Source: Bacilli bacterium (GTDB lineage: Bacteria; Bacillota_I; Bacilli_A; ML615J-28; CAG-313). From it: DNA of 64,000 nt. This document shows, in pieces, positions 50,976 to 58,959 of this stretch. The stretch is taken from positions 32,203 through 96,202 of the forward strand of contig JAZNQD010000064.1 of the NCBI GenBank assembly GCA_045589955.1, in the 5' to 3' direction. Below the pieces are notes generated by a model. The model did no database searches. It saw only the letters and a program-made list of their open reading frames with translations, and had not been told where the DNA came from. Each line of letters opens with the position of its first letter. Within the stretch, counting starts at the first letter, position 1. The position numbers were made by a program, and so were the translations under genes.

Positions 50976-51085
50976 GACTTATAGACAAAGTGAACTATTG
51001 TTCACAAAGTGAACTATTGTTCACTTTACTAATGCCTAACCGCTACGATATCTATTCTTTATATGGGTGTGAGGGACTATAAGTC
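50976..51085. repeat. Non-coding repeat element, copy 2 (two tandem 19 bp units, 9 bp terminal inverted repeat)
   Basis: gacttatag...ctataagtc ends; caaagtgaactattgttca x2 (50986-51023) followed by ctttactaatgcctaaccgctacgatatctat. Confidence 0.9.
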
Positions 51086-51089
51086 TTTC

Positions 51090-51857
51090 CTATAATCCCA
51101 TTTTGATTTTATAATTATCAATTAAACTTAATATATATTTATTCTTAATTACTGAATCATTCATTTTAATTTCATATTTATGTCTTTGTATAGGTAAACA
51201 TTTATCTATATTATCTAAAATACTAGAAATTAATGGAATAAATAATGGTGTTTCTTCGTTTGAACCATATATTCCTATAATATGTAATTTACTAATGAAT
51301 GTTGGATAATTCGATTCATTATTATTAAAATAATCTTGCATTCTTTCCATAAGCGTAAAATAAAGAGAAGATGGATTTCCACAATACATAGGGACAACAA
51401 AAACAATTTTATTGTAGCTAATACTCACATCAAGTAAATTGTAGATATCATCATAACGATATTTACACTTATTAACCTTCATACATTCATAATTACATCT
51501 ATTACATGAATTAATAAACAAATCTTTAAAACTAATAAATGTATCGTTATCATTCATCATATATTTTACTATATTTTCAGAATTTCCATTTGATCTTGCA
51601 CTAAAGGAAATGTATAGATTTGAATTAGTATTTTTAGGTAAAGGTATATTATTAGCATTATTTTCAAATATTTGATCTAATGTTAAATTATATTTATCAA
51701 TTAACAACATTAATTTATCATAACTTATTTCATTAATTCCTTTTTCTATTTTATTAATAGTTGATTTAGAGGTATACCCAAGTTCTTTAGCAAACGCTTC
51801 TTGGCTTAATCCTTCATTTATTCTTATTTCTTTTATTTTTTCTCCAAGTTTACTCAT
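51090..51857 (-). CDS. XRE HTH fused to flavodoxin/iron-sulfur flavoprotein-like domain
   Basis: LSQEAFAKELGYTSKSTINKIEKG HTH; SARSNGNSE, CNRCNYEC...C, PMYCG FMN-reductase-like motifs. Confidence 0.75.
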   Translation of the reverse strand: MSKLGEKIKEIRINEGLSQEAFAKELGYTSKSTINKIEKGINEISYDKLMLLIDKYNLTLDQIFENNANNIPLPKNTNSNLYISFSARSNGNSENIVKYMMNDNDTFISFKDLFINSCNRCNYECMKVNKCKYRYDDIYNLLDVSISYNKIVFVVPMYCGNPSSLYFTLMERMQDYFNNNESNYPTFISKLHIIGIYGSNEETPLFIPLISSILDNIDKCLPIQRHKYEIKMNDSVIKNKYILSLIDNYKIKMGL

Positions 51858-52674
51858 TGTTTGAAATTTTTAACACTTTCTCATTATTTTTGTTGAACAA
51901 TTCTTTTTCTTTGTTTGCTTCATTGTTTAATATAATTAATCTTGTTTGTGGAGGTATATTTTCTTCTATAAGTTTTGAATTGTAAAATTCCAAATTAGAA
52001 AGTATTGCTAGTTCAATTGTAGAAGCGTAATCTCTTATATTACCTTCTTTATTTGGATTAGCAGTACGCCACTGTTTTGCAGTCATACCAAATAAAGCAA
52101 CATTTAATATATCTGCCTCACTAGCATAAATTTCGTTTTTTTGTTCTGTAGTTAAATTTACTGTTATTAAATATTTACTTACCGCTTCAGTATTTATTAA
52201 ATAGTTTAACTTAACGATCAATCGTTGCCCTTGCCATTCTAATTTATCGCTTTCTAATGACTTTAATCTTTGAAATTCCTTTATTATATATAACTTAATT
52301 TCAGGAGAAATCCATGAAGCAAATTCTAAAGCTATATCCCTATGAGCATATGTCCCTCCTCCATATTTTCCTGCTTTTGATTTAATCCCTATGGCATTTG
52401 TAGACTTTATCCATTTTGATGGTGTCATAACAAAAGAATTACGTCCATATTCTTTTTTAAAGGTGTCGAATTCGACGCGGTTAAAATTAGGATTGTTTAA
52501 CGTTTCCCATAAACCAATATAGTCAATAGTATCCTTTAATCTCATCCAGTTTTGAATAGGATATCTTGGATCATCATTATTTAAAAATTTTGCTATATCT
52601 GTTAGACTAACATAATCATCATCACTAAATCCTGTGATAGTAATTTCTTTATCTTTAACAATTATTTTACTCAT
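51850..52674 (-). CDS. KilA-N domain protein
   Basis: DDYVSLTDIAK, NWMR, GKYGGGTYAHRDIALEFASWISPE, GNIRDYA. Confidence 0.9.
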   Translation of the reverse strand: MSKIIVKDKEITITGFSDDDYVSLTDIAKFLNNDDPRYPIQNWMRLKDTIDYIGLWETLNNPNFNRVEFDTFKKEYGRNSFVMTPSKWIKSTNAIGIKSKAGKYGGGTYAHRDIALEFASWISPEIKLYIIKEFQRLKSLESDKLEWQGQRLIVKLNYLINTEAVSKYLITVNLTTEQKNEIYASEADILNVALFGMTAKQWRTANPNKEGNIRDYASTIELAILSNLEFYNSKLIEENIPPQTRLIILNNEANKEKELFNKNNEKVLKISNNE

Positions 52675-52710
52675 AATTTATACCTCCTACCACCTATATT
52701 ATACCATGAA

Positions 52711-52727
52711 GTTGATTATTAATCAAC
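52711..52727. promoter_or_regulatory. Palindromic operator in the promoter of the KilA-N/XRE operon
   Basis: gttgatta-t-taatcaac, lying just upstream of a TGnTATAAT on the minus strand. Confidence 0.55.
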
Positions 52728-52739
52728 CAAATCAGTTAA

Positions 52740-52766
52740 AAAAATAAGTCATCAATGATGACTTAT
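52740..52766 (-). terminator. Terminator after the tRNA pair
   Basis: ataagtcatc-aat-gatgacttat with T tract on the minus strand. Confidence 0.75.
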
Positions 52767-52779
52767 ATACACATTCTAA

Positions 52780-52856
52780 TGGGGCGAATGATGGGATTCG
52801 AACCCACGCGTGACGGAGCCACAATCCGCTGTGTTAACCACTTCACCACATTCGCC
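52780..52856 (-). tRNA. tRNA-His (GTG)
   Basis: Cloverleaf with G-1, GCGAAUG/CAUUCGC acceptor stem, anticodon GUG, encoded CCA. Confidence 0.97.
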
Positions 52857-52857
52857 A

Positions 52858-52931
52858 TGGCAGGGGAAGTAGGAATCGAACCCACATTGACGGTTTTGGA
52901 GACCGGTGTACTACCGTTGTACGAAGCCCCT
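52858..52931 (-). tRNA. tRNA-Trp (CCA) with three stem mismatches
   Basis: AGGGGC... cloverleaf, loop CUCCAAA, T loop UUCGAUU, G73, encoded CCA. Confidence 0.9.
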
Positions 52932-52941
52932 AGGCTTTATA

Positions 52942-52970
52942 ATTATACCAAATTTCTCTTTTAAATGCAA
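52942..52970 (-). promoter_or_regulatory. sigmaA promoter of the tRNA-Trp/His pair
   Basis: TTGCAT-17 bp-TATAAT with extended TG. Confidence 0.8.
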
Positions 52971-53011
52971 GTAATAGACATTTAAAAAAACCAAGAACAT
53001 TTTCTTGGCTT

Positions 53012-53356
53012 TTAGTCTTTACTTTCGAATGTTTGACAGTGAGTAATCATATTGTTTGTTGTTTTTGTATTTTCGCTATTTACATTTTTGATTACAATTC
53101 TATCCGCATAACATTTTTGGCCTTTCTCAAAAACACACTGAATAACATCACAATATACTTCAGTTGCATTATCCGTTGGTTCATCAAATGTTGCAAACTC
53201 ATAGTTAAGTCTATTGTCTCCACGGTACTCATAACTCAAGCAAGAAGTATCACTTTTACATTTAGATTCAACACCATCAATATCAATTGCCTTTTTTAAA
53301 CAACAGTTATTATAATTATGAGCACACTGTCCAACTTCACATTTTAATTTTGGCAT
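53012..53356 (-). CDS. DUF1540 double-domain Cys-rich protein (typical of spore formers)
   Basis: Two CxVxxCxxNxxxxCxAxxI...TxCxTF repeats. Confidence 0.8.
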   Translation of the reverse strand: MPKLKCEVGQCAHNYNNCCLKKAIDIDGVESKCKSDTSCLSYEYRGDNRLNYEFATFDEPTDNATEVYCDVIQCVFEKGQKCYADRIVIKNVNSENTKTTNNMITHCQTFESKD

Positions 53357-53432
53357 TTTATCAATCCTTTCTTTTTTATAGTATTACTCATAATCATTTT
53401 TTATATACAAAAAAATCCAGTAAAACTGGATT

Positions 53433-53894
53433 TTAGTGTTCTAATAGATAAATAATTTCTGATGTTGGTCGATCAGTTGTTTGACTTGAAATTAATAATT
53501 CAACCTTATTATGGTCTACACTAATTAATGCAGGAACATTTTCAAGAATTACATCAGAGTAATTTTCTGTCCCAATAAAGGAAAAATATTGATATCCTTT
53601 CTCTGCCATTATTCCTTCATTATTTTTTACATCATCAACGTTTAAAATATAAAGCGGATAATTGTTTACATCATCAGCATATTCGATAGCTACCGGTAAT
53701 ATTTCTTCACAAAAATCGCAATCAGGTGAATAGAATAATACATAGTAAAAATCGTGATTTTTAGAAAGTAAATTTGGGTATGTTATTTTTGGTAAAGAAC
53801 GCCATGATGGTTCATTAGGATCAACACAGCTTGTTAAAAAACAAGAACTAAGTAATAAAAGTGTTGCACATAAAGTTAATATAATTTTTTTCAT
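53433..53894 (-). CDS. Thioredoxin-fold lipoprotein
   Basis: Lipobox LTSC; FYSPDCDFC; VPAL; GAGG RBS before ATG 53894. Confidence 0.75.
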   Translation of the reverse strand: MKKIILTLCATLLLLSSCFLTSCVDPNEPSWRSLPKITYPNLLSKNHDFYYVLFYSPDCDFCEEILPVAIEYADDVNNYPLYILNVDDVKNNEGIMAEKGYQYFSFIGTENYSDVILENVPALISVDHNKVELLISSQTTDRPTSEIIYLLEH

Positions 53895-53949
53895 ATTTAC
53901 CTCACTTGTTTGATGTAAGTATTTTACCACACTTTTAATTTCTAATCAA

Positions 53950-54963
53950 TTATTTAATATCTGATTCTCCTAAAGATTGTGCTATCAATAACATATCATC
54001 TAAAGATAGGGTAGATGATGCAAGAGTATACTCAATTCCGTTATCGTAAAACTTTAATGTGTTGTTTGCAACAAGTGCAAAAGAACCAGCCATTGTATAT
54101 ATATCACCAGTAAAGTATTCGCTCTTTAGACATTCGGTTTCTTTGACATAATATTCAAGTAGAGTGAAAGGAGCATCGCCAGTAAACTTCATTACAGCTC
54201 TTTTATCAAATTCATCACCAACAATTATTTCTTGAGCAAGCGTAGTATTTACTGGGCAAAATGTTGGATAAGTAATAGAACGATCAAACTTGATTGGCGA
54301 ATCAATATAGTCTAACCTTGAAGATGTAATTGTATTATCAACAACAAATAAGTTTGAATCTAATTTTGGATTTTTTTCAATACTTTTAATATTTACATGA
54401 TTTAACAAACTATCATTAGAACGATATATGAAAACATCTTTTGGAAGTTTAGTCTTATAGTCAAAAACAATTTTTTCTTTCATTGGTTCAACATTATTAA
54501 AAAATTTTGTTTTGAATTCTAATATTATTTCCCCATTTTCGGTTTTAGTCATCAAATCTTGATTATTCAAAACATCCTTTGACAAAGAATGTAAAAGATA
54601 TGGTTGTTCAGTAGATTCAGGCCAGTCACTAGTAATCTTAAATGTCTTATTGATACTTGGTAAAATGATAAAAACACCCTTATTGTTTTTTATCATGATC
54701 TGCTTTTCATTCGCAAGAGTACCAGTTAGTTCAACACGGTATTGGTCTGGAGCCATAAAATAAACTAAAACATTACATTCTTTAGAACCATTTTCAAAAT
54801 ATGTAGTGTAGGATGCTTCTAATTTATAACTTGTTAAGTCGCTAACAATTTCTGGAAATTTCTTTTCCACAACTTTCTCTTTTTTACAACTTGTTATTGT
54901 AAAAGTTGTTAATAATATCATTATTAAGTAGAATCCTTTTTTAAGTAGTTTGCGATTAATCAT
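53950..54963 (-). CDS. YdcC-like (LolA-fold) sporulation lipoprotein
   Basis: Lipobox ITSC; YRVEL, QIMIKNNKGVFIILPSINKTFKITSDWP..QPYLL pattern of B. subtilis YdcC. Confidence 0.75.
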   Translation of the reverse strand: MINRKLLKKGFYLIMILLTTFTITSCKKEKVVEKKFPEIVSDLTSYKLEASYTTYFENGSKECNVLVYFMAPDQYRVELTGTLANEKQIMIKNNKGVFIILPSINKTFKITSDWPESTEQPYLLHSLSKDVLNNQDLMTKTENGEIILEFKTKFFNNVEPMKEKIVFDYKTKLPKDVFIYRSNDSLLNHVNIKSIEKNPKLDSNLFVVDNTITSSRLDYIDSPIKFDRSITYPTFCPVNTTLAQEIIVGDEFDKRAVMKFTGDAPFTLLEYYVKETECLKSEYFTGDIYTMAGSFALVANNTLKFYDNGIEYTLASSTLSLDDMLLIAQSLGESDIK

Positions 54964-55084
54964 AATAACACCTCTTTCATTTATATATATTACTCTTTCT
55001 AAATTTTTAGAACAAAAATAAGATTATACGTATAAAGAAACTAATAGTGTAAATAATAATAGTGTAATTATTATGGAGGTATAT

Positions 55085-55318
55085 ATGAGCGTAGTTCGAA
55101 AAATTGCTTTAGTAATATTAATCGTCGGTGCCCTAAACTGGGGTTTAATTGGCCTATTTGATTTTAACCTAGTAGGTTTCTTATTTGATGGTATTAGTGA
55201 AGTTATCTCTAGAGTTATTTATTCATTAGTCGGTGTTGCAGGGATTGCATCAATCGTAACATGGGCAATTCCAGAAACCGAAGAGGCTTTAAACTATACA
55301 CACAAGATGAATAATTAA
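55085..55318 (+). CDS. DUF378 (YuzA-like) small membrane protein
   Basis: LILIVGALNWGLIGLFDFNLV...RVIYSLVG signature. Confidence 0.9.
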   Translation: MSVVRKIALVILIVGALNWGLIGLFDFNLVGFLFDGISEVISRVIYSLVGVAGIASIVTWAIPETEEALNYTHKMNN

Positions 55319-55319
55319 A

Positions 55320-55360
55320 ATAAGGCAATTACTGTAAACAAGCAGTAATTGCTTTATTTT
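55320..55360 (+). terminator. Intrinsic terminator
   Basis: ataaggcaattactg...cagtaattgctttattt. Confidence 0.75.
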
Positions 55361-55467
55361 GCGATTTAAACCCTAAATTTGCCTGTTTTTGCATTTTTTG
55401 TTTCTTTGATAATAATTAATTGACTAAAACATAAATTAATTGTATAATTTTAATAAATGGAGGAAAT

Positions 55468-56793
55468 ATGAGAAGAATAAAACAATTAAGTGTATTTTTA
55501 ATAACTTTAACAAGTTTATTTTTACTTGTTTCATGTAAACCTAAAACATATAATGTTACCTTAGTTTGTCAAGGTCAAATTGAAGAATTACAATTTAAAG
55601 AAGGAGAAATCTTTAAAGGTGATGAGATTAAAATTGAAGGATATGTATTTGTTGGCTGGTTTGATTCAGAAGGAAACAACGTATCTAATTATCAAGTAAA
55701 CCAAAATGCAACTTTTGTTGGGAAATACATAAAAGAAGGTACGACATATAAGATTAATTATGAACTTAATGGAGGAGAACTTCCGGAAGAATATCCAGTT
55801 GAATATATAATTGGACAAGAAATCACTTTACCAATCCCTTATGGTTTTGGTGATATGACATTCTTAGGGTGGTATGTTAATGGCGAAATAATTTCATTAA
55901 TATCTTCAAAAACCTATGGTAATTTAAATATCGTTGCTAAGTGGGATGATAAAAATATTTACCATGATCTTAACTATGAATTAGATGGTGGTACTTTAGA
56001 AGAAGGATATCGTACTCGATATGTTGAAGGGTCAGTTTATGTTTTGCCAATCCCCAAAAAAGATGGATATTTATTTAAAGGGTGGTATACAGATAGTGAA
56101 TATCAAAATCGTATAAAGAAAATAACAAAAGAAGATAAGCAAAGTTATACTTTATATGCTCGTTTTGAAGAAAGAATTCGCGAAAATATGTATATTTCCT
56201 TTTTAGGAGATAGTATTACAACTTATGTTGGATATATACCAGAAGGTTTTGCGACATATTATCCAACCTCAGGGTGTGATGTTGATAGCGTAGAAAAAAC
56301 ATGGTGGCATCAAGTTCTTCAAAAAACTGGCTATAAACTTCTTGTTAATAATTCTTATAGTGGAACACAAGTATCAGGGGGAACAAACTATGGTAATAGT
56401 TATGAACGTCTAAAATACTTATCAAAAGATGGAGTTGATCCTGATATTATTGTAATTCATATGGGAACAAACGACTTTACACATGGAGTAAATGTCACTA
56501 AGTTTAAAAGTGCTTATGGAGCAATGATTGATAAGATTAAAGAAGAATATGATGATGTTGAGATATATATTATTAATCTTCCTTACAATAAGTATGCAAC
56601 TAGTTTTGTAAGCCCTCGCGAAAAATATAATGTAGCCCTTCAAGAATTAAGTGAAGAAAAGAATGTTGAATTAATTGATATTACTGTAGGTATTAATAAA
56701 AATAATGTTCATTTATATATGTTTGCCGGCGCGCATCCAAATTATGCAGGTATGACATATATGGCGGATATTATCTGGAAACGAATATTATAA
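55468..56793 (+). CDS. Lipoprotein with InlB B-repeats and C-terminal SGNH/GDSL hydrolase
   Basis: Lipobox LVSC; YELxGG...GW repeats; GDSIT, GTND, HP. Confidence 0.87.
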   Translation: MRRIKQLSVFLITLTSLFLLVSCKPKTYNVTLVCQGQIEELQFKEGEIFKGDEIKIEGYVFVGWFDSEGNNVSNYQVNQNATFVGKYIKEGTTYKINYELNGGELPEEYPVEYIIGQEITLPIPYGFGDMTFLGWYVNGEIISLISSKTYGNLNIVAKWDDKNIYHDLNYELDGGTLEEGYRTRYVEGSVYVLPIPKKDGYLFKGWYTDSEYQNRIKKITKEDKQSYTLYARFEERIRENMYISFLGDSITTYVGYIPEGFATYYPTSGCDVDSVEKTWWHQVLQKTGYKLLVNNSYSGTQVSGGTNYGNSYERLKYLSKDGVDPDIIVIHMGTNDFTHGVNVTKFKSAYGAMIDKIKEEYDDVEIYIINLPYNKYATSFVSPREKYNVALQELSEEKNVELIDITVGINKNNVHLYMFAGAHPNYAGMTYMADIIWKRIL

Positions 56794-56822
56794 AAAAAGT
56801 CTGTCCTTTGGACAGACTTTTT
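56794..56822. terminator. Bidirectional terminator
   Basis: aaaaaagtctgtcc-ttt-ggacagacttttt. Confidence 0.85.
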
Positions 56823-58011
56823 AGTCAGTATAATTATCAAAATAACCTTGAACTAAAACAACTGGAGTTCCTTTATCACCAGAACCACTTGTTAAGTCAC
56901 AAAGAGAACCAATTAAATCAGTAAGTTGACGTGGAGTTGTTCCTTGTGATGCCATATTACCAACTAAATTATTATTTTTAGCTTTGATACTTTTTGAAAT
57001 AGCTTCTTTTAATTCTTCACCACTTAAATCTTTAAAATCATTATCAGCTAAGTATTTAAGCTTTAATTCGTTTGGTGTACCAATCAAACCATCAGTATAT
57101 CCAGGAGAAACAACAGGATCAGCTAATTCCCAAATTTTGCCTTGAGGATCTTTAAATGCTCCATCGCCATAAACCATTACTTCAATATGCTTATGTGTTT
57201 TTTCTAAGAACATTTCTTGAATTTTAACTACAAGTTCCTTACAGTTTTTAGGGAAAAGTTTAATTGTATCTTCAGTTGATTTATTTGAACCAAGAAGGCC
57301 ATATTGTTCATTATAACCAGAACCATTAACTGATTCAGTTAGGATTTCATCAATACCTAAAACAATTTTAGCACCAGCCGCTTTTAAAATACGTTTAGTT
57401 CTTGCACGTGTGTGAATATCACATGTTAACACTTTATCAGTGTAGTTTAAAATAGCTTTTGGTTGATTAGCAAAAACAATCTCAACTTCAGCACCCATTT
57501 CTTTAACAATGTTTGCATAATATTCTACATAATCTACACCAGTAAATTCGTGTTTGTTCTCACCAAATAATTCACGATATTTTTCTAAAGATAGGACATC
57601 AGAATATGGATTTACGCCAGCTTCATCAAGTTGGTCATAAGTTAATAAAGCATTACCAACTTCATCACTTGGATAACTTAACATTAAAACAACTTTATCA
57701 ACACCCATTGAGATACCACGTAAACAAATGGCAAAACGATTTCTTGAAAGAATTGGGAAAATTACACCAACAGTTCCTCCGCCGAATTTGTTTTTAACGT
57801 CTGTTGCAATATCATTAATTGATGCATAGTTTCCTTGAGAACGAGCAACAATTGACTCAGTTAATGCAACTACATCGCGATCTCTTAATTCAAACCCTTC
57901 TTCAACACTTGCATCGATAACACTATCAACAACGATTTTTGCAAGATCATCATTTTTTCTAATAATTGGACAACGAATACCTCTTGAGACAGTTCCTACT
58001 TTTCTACTCAT
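56821..58011 (-). CDS. F420-0:gamma-glutamyl ligase (CofE-like) family protein
   Basis: GIRCPII, TESIVAR, YGDGAFKDP...WELADP, DLTSGSGDKGTPVVLVQGY. Confidence 0.8.
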   Translation of the reverse strand: MSRKVGTVSRGIRCPIIRKNDDLAKIVVDSVIDASVEEGFELRDRDVVALTESIVARSQGNYASINDIATDVKNKFGGGTVGVIFPILSRNRFAICLRGISMGVDKVVLMLSYPSDEVGNALLTYDQLDEAGVNPYSDVLSLEKYRELFGENKHEFTGVDYVEYYANIVKEMGAEVEIVFANQPKAILNYTDKVLTCDIHTRARTKRILKAAGAKIVLGIDEILTESVNGSGYNEQYGLLGSNKSTEDTIKLFPKNCKELVVKIQEMFLEKTHKHIEVMVYGDGAFKDPQGKIWELADPVVSPGYTDGLIGTPNELKLKYLADNDFKDLSGEELKEAISKSIKAKNNNLVGNMASQGTTPRQLTDLIGSLCDLTSGSGDKGTPVVLVQGYFDNYTD

Positions 58012-58174
58012 ATATTTACCTTCTTTTTTTAATTTTTATTACATATATATTATACTCTTTTTAACCATTTTTCTCAAAGAAAAAGCATACGTTTCTTAAA
58101 GAGATAGGTGTATGTTACTATTAATTATAACCTTCTTATAAAATCGGAATAGTATAATATAAGGAAGTGTTTTA

Positions 58175-58909
58175 ATGAAATTTATTATTTTGGGATTATA
58201 TCCATTTATTGGGACAACAATTGGATCGATGTTTGTCTTCTTTATGAAAGATAAATTAAATCAAAAAATTGAAAAAATAATGTTATCAGTTGCATCAGGA
58301 GTAATGCTTGCATCAGCATTCTTTTCGTTGTTGGTTCCTTCAATTGAATTATCAAAAGAGTTAAAAAATATAATGTTTATCCCTCCTTCAGTAGGATTTA
58401 TTTTAGGAATTATGGTTTTTATCATTGTTGAAAAAATATTTATTAGAAAAAATAAAGATAAAGTAATGATGCCACTTGTTGTAACGCTTCATAATATTCC
58501 TGAAGGAATGGCGGTTGGTGTATCAATTGCAAGTTTACTAATTAATCAAAATCTAATAGCATATTCAAGTGTTTTAGCATTATCACTAGGAATTGCTCTT
58601 CAAAATATTCCTGAAGGAGCCATAATATCGCTTACTTTAAAAACGCAAGGAACAAATAAATTCAAAGCCTTTTTAATTGGTGTTTTATCTGGAATAGTAG
58701 AACCTCTTGCAAGTTTAATAACAATAATATTTACTAATGCAATGCATTTTATTCTGCCTTATTCTTTAGCTTTTGCCTCGAGCGCAATGATTTATGTTAT
58801 TATCGAAGAACTATTACCGAGTGCATATGAAGAAGGTTCAAAACGATTAATCTTGTCTTTTTTATTTGGGTTTATTGTCATGATGCTACTTGATATAATG
58901 CTTTCTTGA
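58175..58909 (+). CDS. ZIP family metal transporter (GufA/ZupT-like)
   Basis: TLHNIPEGMAVG, QNIPEG, SGIVEP, EELLP. Confidence 0.92.
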   Translation: MKFIILGLYPFIGTTIGSMFVFFMKDKLNQKIEKIMLSVASGVMLASAFFSLLVPSIELSKELKNIMFIPPSVGFILGIMVFIIVEKIFIRKNKDKVMMPLVVTLHNIPEGMAVGVSIASLLINQNLIAYSSVLALSLGIALQNIPEGAIISLTLKTQGTNKFKAFLIGVLSGIVEPLASLITIIFTNAMHFILPYSLAFASSAMIYVIIEELLPSAYEEGSKRLILSFLFGFIVMMLLDIMLS

Positions 58910-58938
58910 TTGACAACCCTTTTTAAAAGTGTTATATT
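58910..58938 (+). promoter_or_regulatory. sigmaA promoter
   Basis: TTGACA-17-TATATT with TG extension. Confidence 0.7.
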
Positions 58939-58959
58939 ATATGTACAGAAGAGGTGTAT

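Noticed and set aside
49144-51085. Classical integron attC sites
   Set aside because: A GTTRRRY-like core is present, but there is no matching RYYYAAC forming the attC hairpin in the gene orientation and no integron integrase; kept only as a weak alternative
52755-52964. 69 aa ORF on the plus strand
   Set aside because: It is the antisense reading of the tRNA-His and tRNA-Trp genes
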